The notes beneath the pieces were generated by a model. The model did no database searches. It saw only the letters and a program-made list of their open reading frames with translations, and was not told the origin of the DNA. From an uncultured Trueperaceae bacterium (GTDB lineage: Bacteria; Deinococcota; Deinococci; Deinococcales; Trueperaceae), in assembly GCA_963815215.1 (NCBI GenBank), contig CAWFFU010000003.1, positions 1,088,001 through 1,152,000 of the forward strand: a stretch of DNA of 64,000 bases, written 5' to 3'. Shown in pieces: positions 29,369 to 39,254 of this stretch (position 1 is its first letter; each line of letters opens with the position of its first letter). The position numbers and the translations under genes were made by a program.

Positions 29369-29510
29369 GGACGTCAAGTGTAGAGGCACCCATGGTGGCG
29401 GTCAAGCCGCCGTCCCGGAACCGCGCCGCCGCGGGCCCGTCCGCTCGCGCGGGCGCCGGGACGTTCGCACTGGCAGGCATGCCGCCGCAGGCCCTACGCT
29501 TGGGGCAACC

Positions 29511-31124
29511 GTGGAACCTTCACCGCTACGTCCCGTCGTCGACGTTGCACGCGATCTCCATCTCGAGCCCGGCAGCGTCACCCCCTTCGGCCTCCACAAA
29601 GCGAAGATCGACCCCACGCTCGACGGTCCGCGTTCCGGTCCTTCGGGCAAGCTGGTGCTGGTCAGCGCGATCATGCCCACCCCGCCGGGCGAAGGCAAGA
29701 CCACCGTAAGCGTGGGCCTCGCCGACGGCCTGCGACGACTCGGCGCGGCCGGAGCGGTGTGCCTGCGAGAGCCGTCGCTCGGCCCGCTGTTCGGCGCCAA
29801 GGGGGGCGGCACCGGCGGAGGGCGCGCCCGTGTCGAGCCTTCGAACGACATCAACCTTCATTTCACCGGCGATCTTCACGCCATCACCAGCGCCCACAAC
29901 CTGCTGGCCGCGATGATCGACAGCGATCTCCACTTCGGCCAGGCCGGAGGGCTCGACCCCGAACGAGTGACCTGGCCGCGGGTGCTCGACGTCGACGATC
30001 GCGCGCTCCGGAGCGTGCTGGTAGCCGCCGGGCGACGCGCAGAGCGCAAGACACGCTTCGACATCTCCGCCGCCAGCGAGGTCATGGCGGTGATGTCGCT
30101 GGCCGAGTCGCTTCCGGACCTGCGCGCACGGCTGGCCCGCATGGTGGTCGGCTGGACGGAGGTCGGCACTCCCGTCACCGTCGAGGCGCTCGGCGCCACC
30201 GACGCCATGCTGGTGGTACTCCGCGAAGCGCTCCACCCCAACCTGGTGCAGACCGGCGAGGGCACACCGGCCTTCGTCCATACCGGCCCGTTCGGCAACA
30301 TCGCGCACGGTTGCTCCAGCGTCATCGGCACCCGTCTCGGCCTACGTCACGCCGACATCGTGGTGACCGAGGCGGGCTTCGGCTTCGACCTCGGCGGCGA
30401 GAAGTTCCTGCACCTGAAGGCGCGCCAGGCCGGGCTGTGGCCTCACCTGGTGGTGATGGTCGCAACGGTGCGCGCGCTGGCCTCGCACGGGAACGGCGAT
30501 CTGGAGCGCGGCCTGCGGCACCTCGATCGGCAACTCGCCAGCGTCCGCGCATTCGGCCTGCCGGCGGTGGTCGCCATCAACGTCTTCGACGGGGACACCG
30601 AGGAGGATCTGGCGTTGCTCGAGCGGCACGCCGACGGCCTGGGTGTGCGGTGCGCGCGCATCACCGCCTTCGCCGACGGCGGCACCGGTGCCGAGGCGCT
30701 GGCCTCGGTGGTGCTGGAGGCACTCGGCGGAGCCGGCGACGAGCCACCGGAGCCCCGCTTCCTCTACAACGACGACGCGCCCTTCCAGGGCAAGGTCGGC
30801 GCCGTCGCGCGCACCGTCTACGGCGCCGAGGACGTCGTCCTCACAGACGATGCCTGTCGCGACCTGGACACGCTCGCGGGCGCCGGGCTCGACCGGTTGC
30901 CGGTGTGCATCGCCAAGACCCACCTGTCGTTCTCCGACGATCCCAAGGGCGGAGGACTGGTCGAGGGCATGACGCTGACGGTCAGCGAGATCCGTCCCGC
31001 CGTCGGCGCCGGGTACCTGGTCGCCCTGATGGGTCGCATCATGACCATGCCCGGCCTGCCGCGTGACCCGGCGGCGCGCCACATGCGGGTCGACGACAGC
31101 GGGAGCGTGACCGGGCTGCGCTGA
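29511..31124 (+). CDS. fhs: Formate--tetrahydrofolate ligase
   Basis: PTPPGEGKTT, LREPSLGP, INLHFTGD, GPFGNIAHG, VTEAGFGFDLGGEKF, IMTMPGLP. Confidence 0.95.
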   Translation: MEPSPLRPVVDVARDLHLEPGSVTPFGLHKAKIDPTLDGPRSGPSGKLVLVSAIMPTPPGEGKTTVSVGLADGLRRLGAAGAVCLREPSLGPLFGAKGGGTGGGRARVEPSNDINLHFTGDLHAITSAHNLLAAMIDSDLHFGQAGGLDPERVTWPRVLDVDDRALRSVLVAAGRRAERKTRFDISAASEVMAVMSLAESLPDLRARLARMVVGWTEVGTPVTVEALGATDAMLVVLREALHPNLVQTGEGTPAFVHTGPFGNIAHGCSSVIGTRLGLRHADIVVTEAGFGFDLGGEKFLHLKARQAGLWPHLVVMVATVRALASHGNGDLERGLRHLDRQLASVRAFGLPAVVAINVFDGDTEEDLALLERHADGLGVRCARITAFADGGTGAEALASVVLEALGGAGDEPPEPRFLYNDDAPFQGKVGAVARTVYGAEDVVLTDDACRDLDTLAGAGLDRLPVCIAKTHLSFSDDPKGGGLVEGMTLTVSEIRPAVGAGYLVALMGRIMTMPGLPRDPAARHMRVDDSGSVTGLR

Positions 31125-31301
31125 GCCTTCCCTCCCGCCGAGTCCCAAGGCGGTCCGCCAGACGTCGCGGCTGCATCGCTGCAAGCGCAGCGATGCCGGG
31201 CCATTGTTGCTGATTCCGCACATCACACCTTGACGGGTTGCGGATTCCGGTGGATACTACGAGCACCGGCACGGATTCGGCAGCTCTTGGGAAGGGACGA
31301 G

Positions 31302-31820
31302 ATGGCAACACCCTTCGAGGACCCCTTCGACGCGATCGACCTGGCCATCCTGGGCGCGCTCCAGAGCGACGGCCGGATGCCCTTCAGCGTCATCGCGCGC
31401 CGCCTCGGCCTTCCCGAGAGCACGGTCCGGCTGCGCACCCGCAAGATCCTCGAGTCTGGAGCCATCGCCATCGTCGCGACCGGCGATCCGCTGAAGCTGG
31501 GCATCCCCGTCGATGCGGTGAGCCTCGTCCGCGTGGTCGCGGCCCGGGCCGATTCCGTCGCCGATGCGCTCAAGGCGATGCCGGAGGTCCGTTACGTCGG
31601 TGTCACCCTGGGCGGAACCACCATCGTGGTGGAGTCGCTGCACGCGGACGCCGACGCGTTGCATGCCTTCCTCGCCCGCAGACTGTCGAGGCTGGACGGC
31701 GTCAAGGAGGTGGACAGCCACCAGATCATCGAGAACCGAAAGAGCGTGTGGGACTGGCAATCCTGGCTGAGAGAGTGCACGCCCCTCGCCACCTCGCAAT
31801 CGTCCAGGGAGGACAAATGA
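31302..31820 (+). CDS. Lrp/AsnC family transcriptional regulator
   Basis: DAIDLAILGALQSDGRMPFSVIARRLGLPESTVRLR HTH. TTGACG-N17-GATACT upstream (31230-31258). Confidence 0.9.
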   Translation: MATPFEDPFDAIDLAILGALQSDGRMPFSVIARRLGLPESTVRLRTRKILESGAIAIVATGDPLKLGIPVDAVSLVRVVAARADSVADALKAMPEVRYVGVTLGGTTIVVESLHADADALHAFLARRLSRLDGVKEVDSHQIIENRKSVWDWQSWLRECTPLATSQSSREDK

Positions 31821-33328
31821 AGAGAACCGTACTGGCGCTCGTCGCCGCCATGGTGTTGGGCCTGGCTTTCGCCCAGCCCAGCGGCACGCTCACCATCGCA
31901 CAGCAACAGGATCCCCAGAGCTGGGACCCCATCGACACCTTCTACCTGGCGTGGGGGATGATCGGCTCGAGCATCTTCGACGGCCTGGTGCATCGCGGTC
32001 TGGACATGAAGATCGGTCCCGGCCTGGCCACGAGCTGGGAATGGACCGACGCCAGCAACACCCGGCTGCGCTTCCACCTGCGCAAGGGCGTGACCTTCCA
32101 GGACGGCGAGCCGTTCAACGCCGCCGCCGTGAAGTTCACCTTCGATCGGCTGCTGGGGCCTGAGGGCGCCAAGGGGCCGCAGCAGGCCAACTACACCAGC
32201 ATCGACCACGTCGAGGTCGTCGACGACTACACCGTGGACTTCGTGATGAAGTCGCCCGACCCGGTGATCATCACCAAGCTCGCCGGCTACGGGGCCATGA
32301 TCGTGCCGCCCAAGTACGTCACGGACAATTCCCCCGAGACCTTCAACAAGATGCCGATCGGCACCGGTCCGTTCAAGGTGACCGAGTACGTGCCGGACGA
32401 CCACCTCACGCTGGTGGCGAACCCCGACTACTGGGGCGGCGCGCCCAAGGTCGCCAAAGTGATCTTCCGCTTCATCCCCGAGCCGTCCACGCGCGTGGCC
32501 GAGCTCCAGGCGGGACGCGCCGACATCGTCCAGGGCGTCCCCATCAGCCTGGCCGATACCGTGAGCAAGACGGCGGGCGTGAAGCTCGACCCGGTGGGCA
32601 GCCCCACCGTGAACGCCCTTCGCTTCAACTTCTGCAAAGCGCCCACCGACCAGCTCAAGGTCCGTGAGGCCATCGCCCACGCGGTGGATTCACAGGGGAT
32701 CATCGACAGCATCCTGCAGGGCTACGGCATCCCGATCGCCAGCTTCCAGTCGTCGATGTCGCTGGGCTACGACCCGAACCTCAAGTCCTACAGCTACGAC
32801 CCCGAGCTCTCCAAGAAGCTGCTCAAGGAAGCCGGCATCGCCGCCGGCACGCCCATCGGGATCGACTTCATCGGCACCGACGCGACCTTCCGCGAGGTAG
32901 CGCAGGCGGTGGCCTCCGAGCTCCAGGCGGTCGGCCTCAAGCCCACGCTGGCGACCCACGAGACCAACACCTACTACAACGACCTGGTCCCCAAGAACAC
33001 GGTCGGCAACCTCTACTACAGTGGTTGGGGCGGCTGGACGCTCGATTTCGACAACACGGCGTACCTGCTGTACCACACCAAGCAGTTCTGGAACCCCTGC
33101 TACAGCAACCCCAAGCTCGACGCGTTGCTCGAGCAGGAGCGGGGCACCTACGACCAGAGCAAGCGCGCGGGCATCCTGCAGCAGGTCGCGCAGATCGAGC
33201 ACGACGACCTGATCGACCTGCCGCTCTACCAGTCCAAGAACCTGTGGGGCGTCGCCGACCGCGTCCAGGGCTTCGTCGCCCCGGCCGACGACCGGCTCGA
33301 TCTCACCACCGTGTCGGTCGGCAACTAG
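31817..33328 (+). CDS. Family 5 ABC substrate-binding protein (Opp/Dpp)
   Basis: MKRTVLALV...AFAQ signal, LRKGVTFQDGEPFNAAAVKFT, PIGTGPF. GGAGG RBS. Confidence 0.92.
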   Translation: MKRTVLALVAAMVLGLAFAQPSGTLTIAQQQDPQSWDPIDTFYLAWGMIGSSIFDGLVHRGLDMKIGPGLATSWEWTDASNTRLRFHLRKGVTFQDGEPFNAAAVKFTFDRLLGPEGAKGPQQANYTSIDHVEVVDDYTVDFVMKSPDPVIITKLAGYGAMIVPPKYVTDNSPETFNKMPIGTGPFKVTEYVPDDHLTLVANPDYWGGAPKVAKVIFRFIPEPSTRVAELQAGRADIVQGVPISLADTVSKTAGVKLDPVGSPTVNALRFNFCKAPTDQLKVREAIAHAVDSQGIIDSILQGYGIPIASFQSSMSLGYDPNLKSYSYDPELSKKLLKEAGIAAGTPIGIDFIGTDATFREVAQAVASELQAVGLKPTLATHETNTYYNDLVPKNTVGNLYYSGWGGWTLDFDNTAYLLYHTKQFWNPCYSNPKLDALLEQERGTYDQSKRAGILQQVAQIEHDDLIDLPLYQSKNLWGVADRVQGFVAPADDRLDLTTVSVGN

Positions 33329-33354
33329 CCGACTGAAGAAGGAGGCGAACAGGC

Positions 33355-34278
33355 TTGCTGCGCTACCTCATCCGTCGCCTGTTCCAGTCGATCTTCGTCC
33401 TGATCGGCATCACCCTGTTCGTCTCCTTCACCATCCGCCTGAGCGGCGACCCCGCGGTGGCGATGTTCCAGGGCGCCAGCGCCCCCACCGCCGAGCAGCT
33501 CGCCACCATCCGCCAGGCGCTGGGCACCGACAAACCGTTCCTGGCGCAGTACACCTCGTTCCTGGGCGGGCTGCTGCACGGAGACCTGGGGACCTCGTTC
33601 CGCAGCGGTCAGCCGGTCGCCGAAGAGGTCGCCCGCCGCTTCCCCGCCACCCTGTCGCTGGCGCTCGCGGCGCTGGCGATCTCGCTGATCCTGGCCGTGC
33701 CCCTGGGGGTGCTGGCCGCCCGCCGACACGGCAGCACCAGCGACCTCGCCATCCGCGTGTTCAGCCTCCTCGGCCTATCTTTTCCCAACTTCTGGTTAGG
33801 GATCATGCTGATCCTCATCTTCGCCGTGCGCCTGCGCTGGCTCCCGCCCTCCGGCTACGCTGGGCCGGAGAGCCTGGTGCTCCCCAGCCTGACGCTCGGC
33901 CTGATCCTGGCAAGCACCACCACCCGGCTCGTGCGGAGCTCGCTCCTGGACGTGCTGGGCGAGCAATATGTCACCACCGCGCGCGCCAAGGGCATCACCG
34001 AACAGCGCGTGCTCTATCGCCACGCGCTGAGGACCGCGCTGATCCCGGTCATCACCTTCGTCGGCCTGCAGTTCGGCGCCCTGCTCGGCGGCGTCGTCAT
34101 CGTCGAGCAGGTCTTCGCCTGGCCGGGCCTGGGATCGCTGGCGCTCAACGCCATCTCCTTCCGGGACTATCCCATGCTGCAGGGCACCATCACGGTGCTC
34201 GCCATCTTCATCGCCGCCATCAACCTCCTCGTCGACCTGAGCTACGCGTTGCTCGATCCCAGGATCCGGTACTCATGA
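33355..34278 (+). CDS. Peptide ABC permease (OppB/DppB)
   Basis: GDLGTSF, YVTTARAKG, VFAWPGLG, LDPRI. Confidence 0.92.
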   Translation: MLRYLIRRLFQSIFVLIGITLFVSFTIRLSGDPAVAMFQGASAPTAEQLATIRQALGTDKPFLAQYTSFLGGLLHGDLGTSFRSGQPVAEEVARRFPATLSLALAALAISLILAVPLGVLAARRHGSTSDLAIRVFSLLGLSFPNFWLGIMLILIFAVRLRWLPPSGYAGPESLVLPSLTLGLILASTTTRLVRSSLLDVLGEQYVTTARAKGITEQRVLYRHALRTALIPVITFVGLQFGALLGGVVIVEQVFAWPGLGSLALNAISFRDYPMLQGTITVLAIFIAAINLLVDLSYALLDPRIRYS

Positions 34279-35096
34279 AGAAAGCGCTGACCGACCCAAG
34301 CTTCCTACTGGGCGCGGCGATCGTGCTGGCCATCCTGGCCAGCGCGGTGTTCGCGCCCATGCTGGCTCCCCACAACCCCACCGTCGCCGACTTGCGGGCA
34401 CGGCTCGCCACCCCCTTCCAACCTCACTATCTCCTCGGCGCCGACGCCATCGGCCGTGACATCCTGTCGCGCATCATCTACGGCGCCCGCATCTCGCTGA
34501 TCGTGGGGGTCACGTCGGTCGCGGCGGCATCGATCGTCGGCACCATCGTCGGCCTGCTCGCCGGCTACTTCGGCGGCCTGCTGGACACCGTGCTGATGCG
34601 CTTGGCCGACATCCAGCTCGCCTTCCCCTTCATCCTGCTCGCCATCACCGTCATCGCCGTCATCGGGCCCGGCCTGTGGAAGCTGGTGCTGGTGATGGCG
34701 TTCGCGCAGTGGGTCCAGTACGCGCGCATCGTGCGCGGTCAGGTGCTGTCGATCCGCGAGACCGACTACGTGCAGGCGGCCACCAGTCTGGGCGCCGGGC
34801 ACGGGCGCATCCTGGTGCGCCACGTGCTGCTCAACGCCCTCACGCCCGTGACCGTGCTGGCGACACTCGGTATCGCCAACAACATCCTGCTGGAGGCCGG
34901 CCTGACCTTCCTCGGGCTGGGGGTCGACCCCACCATCCCGTCGTGGGGCGGCATGCTGGCCGACGGCCGCAACTACATCGAGCGGGCCTGGTGGGTGTCG
35001 ACCTTCCCGGGACTGGCGATCACCCTGACCGTGCTCGGCTTCAACCTGCTGGGCGACTGGCTCCGCGACACCCTGGATCCCAGGATGCAGGGGTGA
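34275..35096 (+). CDS. Peptide ABC permease (OppC/DppC)
   Basis: LGADAIGRDILSRIIYGAR, FLGLG, SWGGML, GDWLRDTLDP. Confidence 0.92.
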   Translation: MKKALTDPSFLLGAAIVLAILASAVFAPMLAPHNPTVADLRARLATPFQPHYLLGADAIGRDILSRIIYGARISLIVGVTSVAAASIVGTIVGLLAGYFGGLLDTVLMRLADIQLAFPFILLAITVIAVIGPGLWKLVLVMAFAQWVQYARIVRGQVLSIRETDYVQAATSLGAGHGRILVRHVLLNALTPVTVLATLGIANNILLEAGLTFLGLGVDPTIPSWGGMLADGRNYIERAWWVSTFPGLAITLTVLGFNLLGDWLRDTLDPRMQG

Positions 35097-38000
35097 GCGG
35101 CGCTCTCGACGGACCCTCTGCGCTCCTCGCCGATCTCGATGGGGACGGTTTCGCCGACGCATTGGCCGGTGACGCCTGGATCGGCACGGCGGACGTCGAC
35201 GCTGCGGTCGACGCGGCCGCCGACCTCCTCGGGGCGCTGGCCGCCCGCGCCCTGCGCCTGCACCTGACACCGCGTACGTGGACCACGCCGCAGCCGGCGT
35301 TGTTCTTCGGCTCGAGGCCGCCCGACGCACTCCCCACCGCCACGGCCGGCATCGCTGCCGGCGTGGCAGCGGCTCTGCCCGATGGCGCGCGTGCGGTCCT
35401 GTCCGAGGCCGGCCTGCTGCTGACGGCCGCCGACGGTCCGTCGCTACAGGCCGCGGCAAGGGTGCTGGCGGCTGGCTGGGCGCCCATGCACGGCGATCGA
35501 CCGCCAGCTACCGGGACGACCGCCGACACCGATACCGACGCCGACGCGACCGGCCCCCTGTCGCTGGGCCGGGCACTCGCAGGCGGTGGGCTCTACTCCG
35601 GCGCACCGGAGCTGCCGGAACGCTTCGTCGGCGGCTTCCACTCCCGGGCGGGCATCCCGGAGGCGCTGGAGGTGGCCGCACGGCTGGCTATCGTGGGGCT
35701 CGAGCCCGCCGTTCCCGTGAGCGCCGACGCGGCCAGCGCGCGCGTGCGTGTCGACCTCGATCCCGCCCTCGAGGCGGGGCACTGGGAGATCCGCCTGACG
35801 ACCCGCGAGGGTATCGACGGGCTGGAGATCGTGGGAACCGACGCCGCGGCCACCCGCTCGGCCTGCCGCTACCTGGCACGCGGCTTCCCGCGCCTGCCCG
35901 ACGGCTCCTCGCTCGACGAGATCGAGCGCGATCTGGGGCGCTTCCTGCGATTGGAGAGCGGCGCCGGCCGCCTCGCGGCCGCCGCGACCGTCGCGCGGAC
36001 CGGGCCCGTGCGGTCGTACGCGCTCCCCTACCCGGGCCACGCCGCTGCCCTGCAGCTCGGCGGCCCCGTGCGCAACAGCGCGCGCGACGGCAACGTGCGG
36101 CGCTGGAGCCACCGTGCCCCCTGGGAGGGCGAGCGTCTCACCGAGGCGGCGGCCGCGTTGGCGCTGCCGGACGGCGCCTTCGAGCTCGAGGTCTACGCCT
36201 CGGAGACGCTGCTGCTGCGCCGACGCCTGGCGGAGCGGCTGCGCGCCGAGCTGGCGGCGGCGGGGCGAGAACCCGAGCGGGTGCGCGTGCGCCACGCCTA
36301 CAAGCCCGCTCTGCACTGGCTGGTGGAGGAGGTCGAGCCGTCGCTTCCGGCGGCCGTCGCAGTGCTGGAGGTGCACGTCGGCCGGCAGCACGAACGCCAC
36401 GGCGCCGCCGAGCGCTGGCTGCGCGAGCTGTACCCGGCTGCGGAGCTGCTCGAGCGCGCCCGACCCGGGCTCCTGACACGGTTGACGCTCGACGACGAGT
36501 CGGGGGCCCCCCGCTACCGGGTACGCGCCCTCGACGCAGCCGGACGCGTCCTGCTCGAGACCGAGCTGGCACCGCCGGTCGCTCCCTCGCCACGCGTCCA
36601 GGGCGAGCCGGCGCTCACCACCACGGCCGCCGTCCGAGCGATCGTCGACGGACGGGTTCACGCCGAACGCATCGTGCCTACCGACCGCGAAGAGGCCTGG
36701 TCGTTCCTGGCCCGCGAGGTGTTCCCGGTGCTGGCGAAGGACGCGCAGGGGCGCGAGGCGCCCTTCGTACACGAGATCGCCGTGGTGGTGCGCGCCAGCG
36801 AGCCCGACGACCGCCTCGACCTCGATCACGAGACCGACAGCGTGCTGGAAGGCCTTCACGAGGACATCTACTTCGGACTCCTGGAGGCCTACACCGCCGC
36901 CGGTCCCGCCGCCGGTCCCGCCGCCGGTCCCGCCCACGGCCCGCGCCAGCAGGCACCGGCGCGGATCCTGCCGTTCTGCCGGGCGGCGCCGGGCGAGGCG
37001 ACCCAGGTTCAGGTCACGGTGCACGCAGCGGGAAGCAGCGAGGTAGCTGCGGTGGCACCGGGCGGACGGCGCCACCGGGCCCGGCCGCTGGGCGCCGAGG
37101 TCCGGGCGACCACGCTCGCGGGAAGGGAGGGCGAGCCGCTCGCCGTCGTCTTCGAGCTGCGCAACCCCGGCACCGACACCGACACCGGCACAGACGCCGC
37201 CCTCGCCCGCCTCGCCTGGGCCTGCGAACGCGGTCTCGCGCCCGTTCCCTCCGGCCTGGCGCTGACCTTCCGGGCCGGCGACCAGGTGCGGCACCTCTCC
37301 GCCACACCCGGCGCCGGAGGCACGACGGACGTGATGCCGCTTCCGGCGCGCCCGCTCCATCCCCACGAGGTCGTGCACTGGGCGCGCGACCTTGCCGCAC
37401 GGCACGCCGCCGTGCATCTGCGGATCGCCCACGAGAGCATCCTGGGCCAGCCCCTGGTGGCGCTCGAGACGGGCCTCCCGGCCGGGCCCGAGGTGTCGCG
37501 TGCGCGACGCGCGCGCTGGAAGCCGAGCGTGCTGATCTCAGCGCGTCAGCACGCGAACGAGCCGACGAGCACCCAGGCGGTGCTGGCGCTGCTGACCGCC
37601 GAGCTCGAGCGACCGCGGTCCACGCGCGCCGTCAACCTCGTGGTACACCCGCTCGAGAACCCCGACGGCGCGAGGCTGCACGCCGCGCTGTGCAGCCTCG
37701 CGCCCAACCACATGCACCACGCCGCACGCTACACGGCCTTCGGTGCGGACCTGCAGGCCGACCCCGAGCTCGACGGACGGCTCATCGGGGAGAGCGCTCA
37801 ACGGCGCGACGCCTGGCGCCGCTGGCGACCGCTGGTGCATCTCAACAACCACGGCTACCCCGCACACGAGTGGGTGCGGCCCCAGACCGGCTATCTTCCG
37901 GCGGGCTTCGCCAACTGGTCGCTGCCCGTGGGACACCTGACCATCCTGACGCTCCGCCACCCGGCGGGCCCGACGGCGGAGGCGATCTTGGAGGGTGTTC

Positions 38001-38422
38001 GCCGGCGCGTGGCCGACGCACTCGCCGACGAGCCCACCATCGCGGACCTCACGCACAGCCAGGTGAAGCGCTCCGGCCGCTACCGCGCCGCAGCGACCAC
38101 GCCCTTCCGCTTCGAGCTCGGGCTCCCCTTCTGGGAGACCATCTCACCGCCACAGCCGGCGGCCGGCGACGCCTTCGCCCCTGCACTGACCGTGATCACG
38201 GAGGTGCCGGACGAGACCGTGGACGGCGATCGCTGGCACGCCTGCGTGCTCGCCCACCGACGCATCGACGAGACGGTCCTGGCCGCACTGGAGCAGGCAC
38301 TCACCGCTCCCGCCGGGAGCCCCGAAAGCGGGGCCCACGTCACCCTCTCACCGCTCCAGGATTGGCTGCAACAGAGCGAGGCCGTGCGGGTCGACATCGT
38401 CGATCCGGCCACCGGCGGGTAG
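35093..38422 (+). CDS. Large M14 family zinc carboxypeptidase (about 1109 aa; catalytic domain C-terminal)
   Basis: ARQHANE (HxxE), ENPDG, HHAARY, LNNHGYP, ITE. GTGA overlap with the permease stop. Confidence 0.8.
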   Translation: MSGALDGPSALLADLDGDGFADALAGDAWIGTADVDAAVDAAADLLGALAARALRLHLTPRTWTTPQPALFFGSRPPDALPTATAGIAAGVAAALPDGARAVLSEAGLLLTAADGPSLQAAARVLAAGWAPMHGDRPPATGTTADTDTDADATGPLSLGRALAGGGLYSGAPELPERFVGGFHSRAGIPEALEVAARLAIVGLEPAVPVSADAASARVRVDLDPALEAGHWEIRLTTREGIDGLEIVGTDAAATRSACRYLARGFPRLPDGSSLDEIERDLGRFLRLESGAGRLAAAATVARTGPVRSYALPYPGHAAALQLGGPVRNSARDGNVRRWSHRAPWEGERLTEAAAALALPDGAFELEVYASETLLLRRRLAERLRAELAAAGREPERVRVRHAYKPALHWLVEEVEPSLPAAVAVLEVHVGRQHERHGAAERWLRELYPAAELLERARPGLLTRLTLDDESGAPRYRVRALDAAGRVLLETELAPPVAPSPRVQGEPALTTTAAVRAIVDGRVHAERIVPTDREEAWSFLAREVFPVLAKDAQGREAPFVHEIAVVVRASEPDDRLDLDHETDSVLEGLHEDIYFGLLEAYTAAGPAAGPAAGPAHGPRQQAPARILPFCRAAPGEATQVQVTVHAAGSSEVAAVAPGGRRHRARPLGAEVRATTLAGREGEPLAVVFELRNPGTDTDTGTDAALARLAWACERGLAPVPSGLALTFRAGDQVRHLSATPGAGGTTDVMPLPARPLHPHEVVHWARDLAARHAAVHLRIAHESILGQPLVALETGLPAGPEVSRARRARWKPSVLISARQHANEPTSTQAVLALLTAELERPRSTRAVNLVVHPLENPDGARLHAALCSLAPNHMHHAARYTAFGADLQADPELDGRLIGESAQRRDAWRRWRPLVHLNNHGYPAHEWVRPQTGYLPAGFANWSLPVGHLTILTLRHPAGPTAEAILEGVRRRVADALADEPTIADLTHSQVKRSGRYRAAATTPFRFELGLPFWETISPPQPAAGDAFAPALTVITEVPDETVDGDRWHACVLAHRRIDETVLAALEQALTAPAGSPESGAHVTLSPLQDWLQQSEAVRVDIVDPATGG
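36896..36934 (+). repeat. In-frame 12-bp tandem repeat x3 (AAGP)
   Basis: GCCGCCGGTCCC repeated three times. Confidence 0.85.
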
Positions 38423-38466
38423 CGCGGGACCGCGGACGGGGCGCGGCGCACGCCCCTCGACCGCCG

Positions 38467-39021
38467 CTATACGCCGGCCAGCATGCGCTCCTGCTGCAGC
38501 TCCGCGCCGATGCTGCGCGCCCAGCCGGCCACCGCGTCGAGATCGCGGAAATCGCCGATGGGTGCCTTCACGTTCCTGACGATGAACGCGTCGAACGGGT
38601 TGAGGCGGCGCTTGTCGAGCGCGCCGTGGAACACGGCGATATCGCGCGGGCCGATACGGTCGGCGACCCCCTGGAGGGCGCTGGGGAAGCGCCACCCCTT
38701 CAGCAGCTCCTCGGCCTCGCCCTCGCCGGTCGGGCCGCTCGAGAACAGCCACACCGGGACCCCGGTCAGGTGTGCCTCGCCCTGCCGCAGCAGATCGGCC
38801 GCCTCGCGACGCCACCGCCCCACGTAGACGGCGCTCCCGATCACGACCGCGGTGTAGGGGGCGAGGTCCTTGACGTCCTTGCAGTGCGCTACCTCCACCG
38901 TCAGGCCCTCTTCGCCCAGCGAGCGAGCGATGGCCTCGGCGATCGCCTCCGTGGAGCCGTACTTGCTGGCATACGCCACGAGCACGCGGTGCTGCGCACT
39001 GGGTCGCGTCGTGTGATCCAT
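38467..39021 (-). CDS. Flavodoxin-domain protein (HemG-like)
   Basis: LVAYASKYGSTEAIAE, VIGSAVY, WLFSSGP, GDFRD. AAGGAGG RBS. Confidence 0.85.
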   Translation of the reverse strand: MDHTTRPSAQHRVLVAYASKYGSTEAIAEAIARSLGEEGLTVEVAHCKDVKDLAPYTAVVIGSAVYVGRWRREAADLLRQGEAHLTGVPVWLFSSGPTGEGEAEELLKGWRFPSALQGVADRIGPRDIAVFHGALDKRRLNPFDAFIVRNVKAPIGDFRDLDAVAGWARSIGAELQQERMLAGV

Positions 39022-39254
39022 CGTCCCCCTCCTTCTGCTGCCACTGTGGGGGCTGCGGGTCGGCCTGCCAAGAGGCAAACGCCCCCGGCGTCCCCACGAA
39101 CGGCGACCGAGACCTTTGCCCCTGGGAAAAGCTGTTCCGAAGTGAAACGCTGGCCTCGATGGAACCCTCCCCCCCACGGCAGCGCCCCGGATCTGTGCCG
39201 CCCCTGTCGGCCGCTGGCGCTACCCCTGCACCAAGTCCTTCGCTGCGGCCGCGT

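Noticed and set aside
39030..39150. Possible c-di-GMP-I or cobalamin riboswitch near the flavodoxin/radical SAM genes (GGGCAAA..GGGACGC on the minus strand)
   Set aside because: It lacks the GNRA-capped P2 and GCAAAG junction of c-di-GMP-I, and I see no B12 box. An Infernal/Rfam scan would be decisive.
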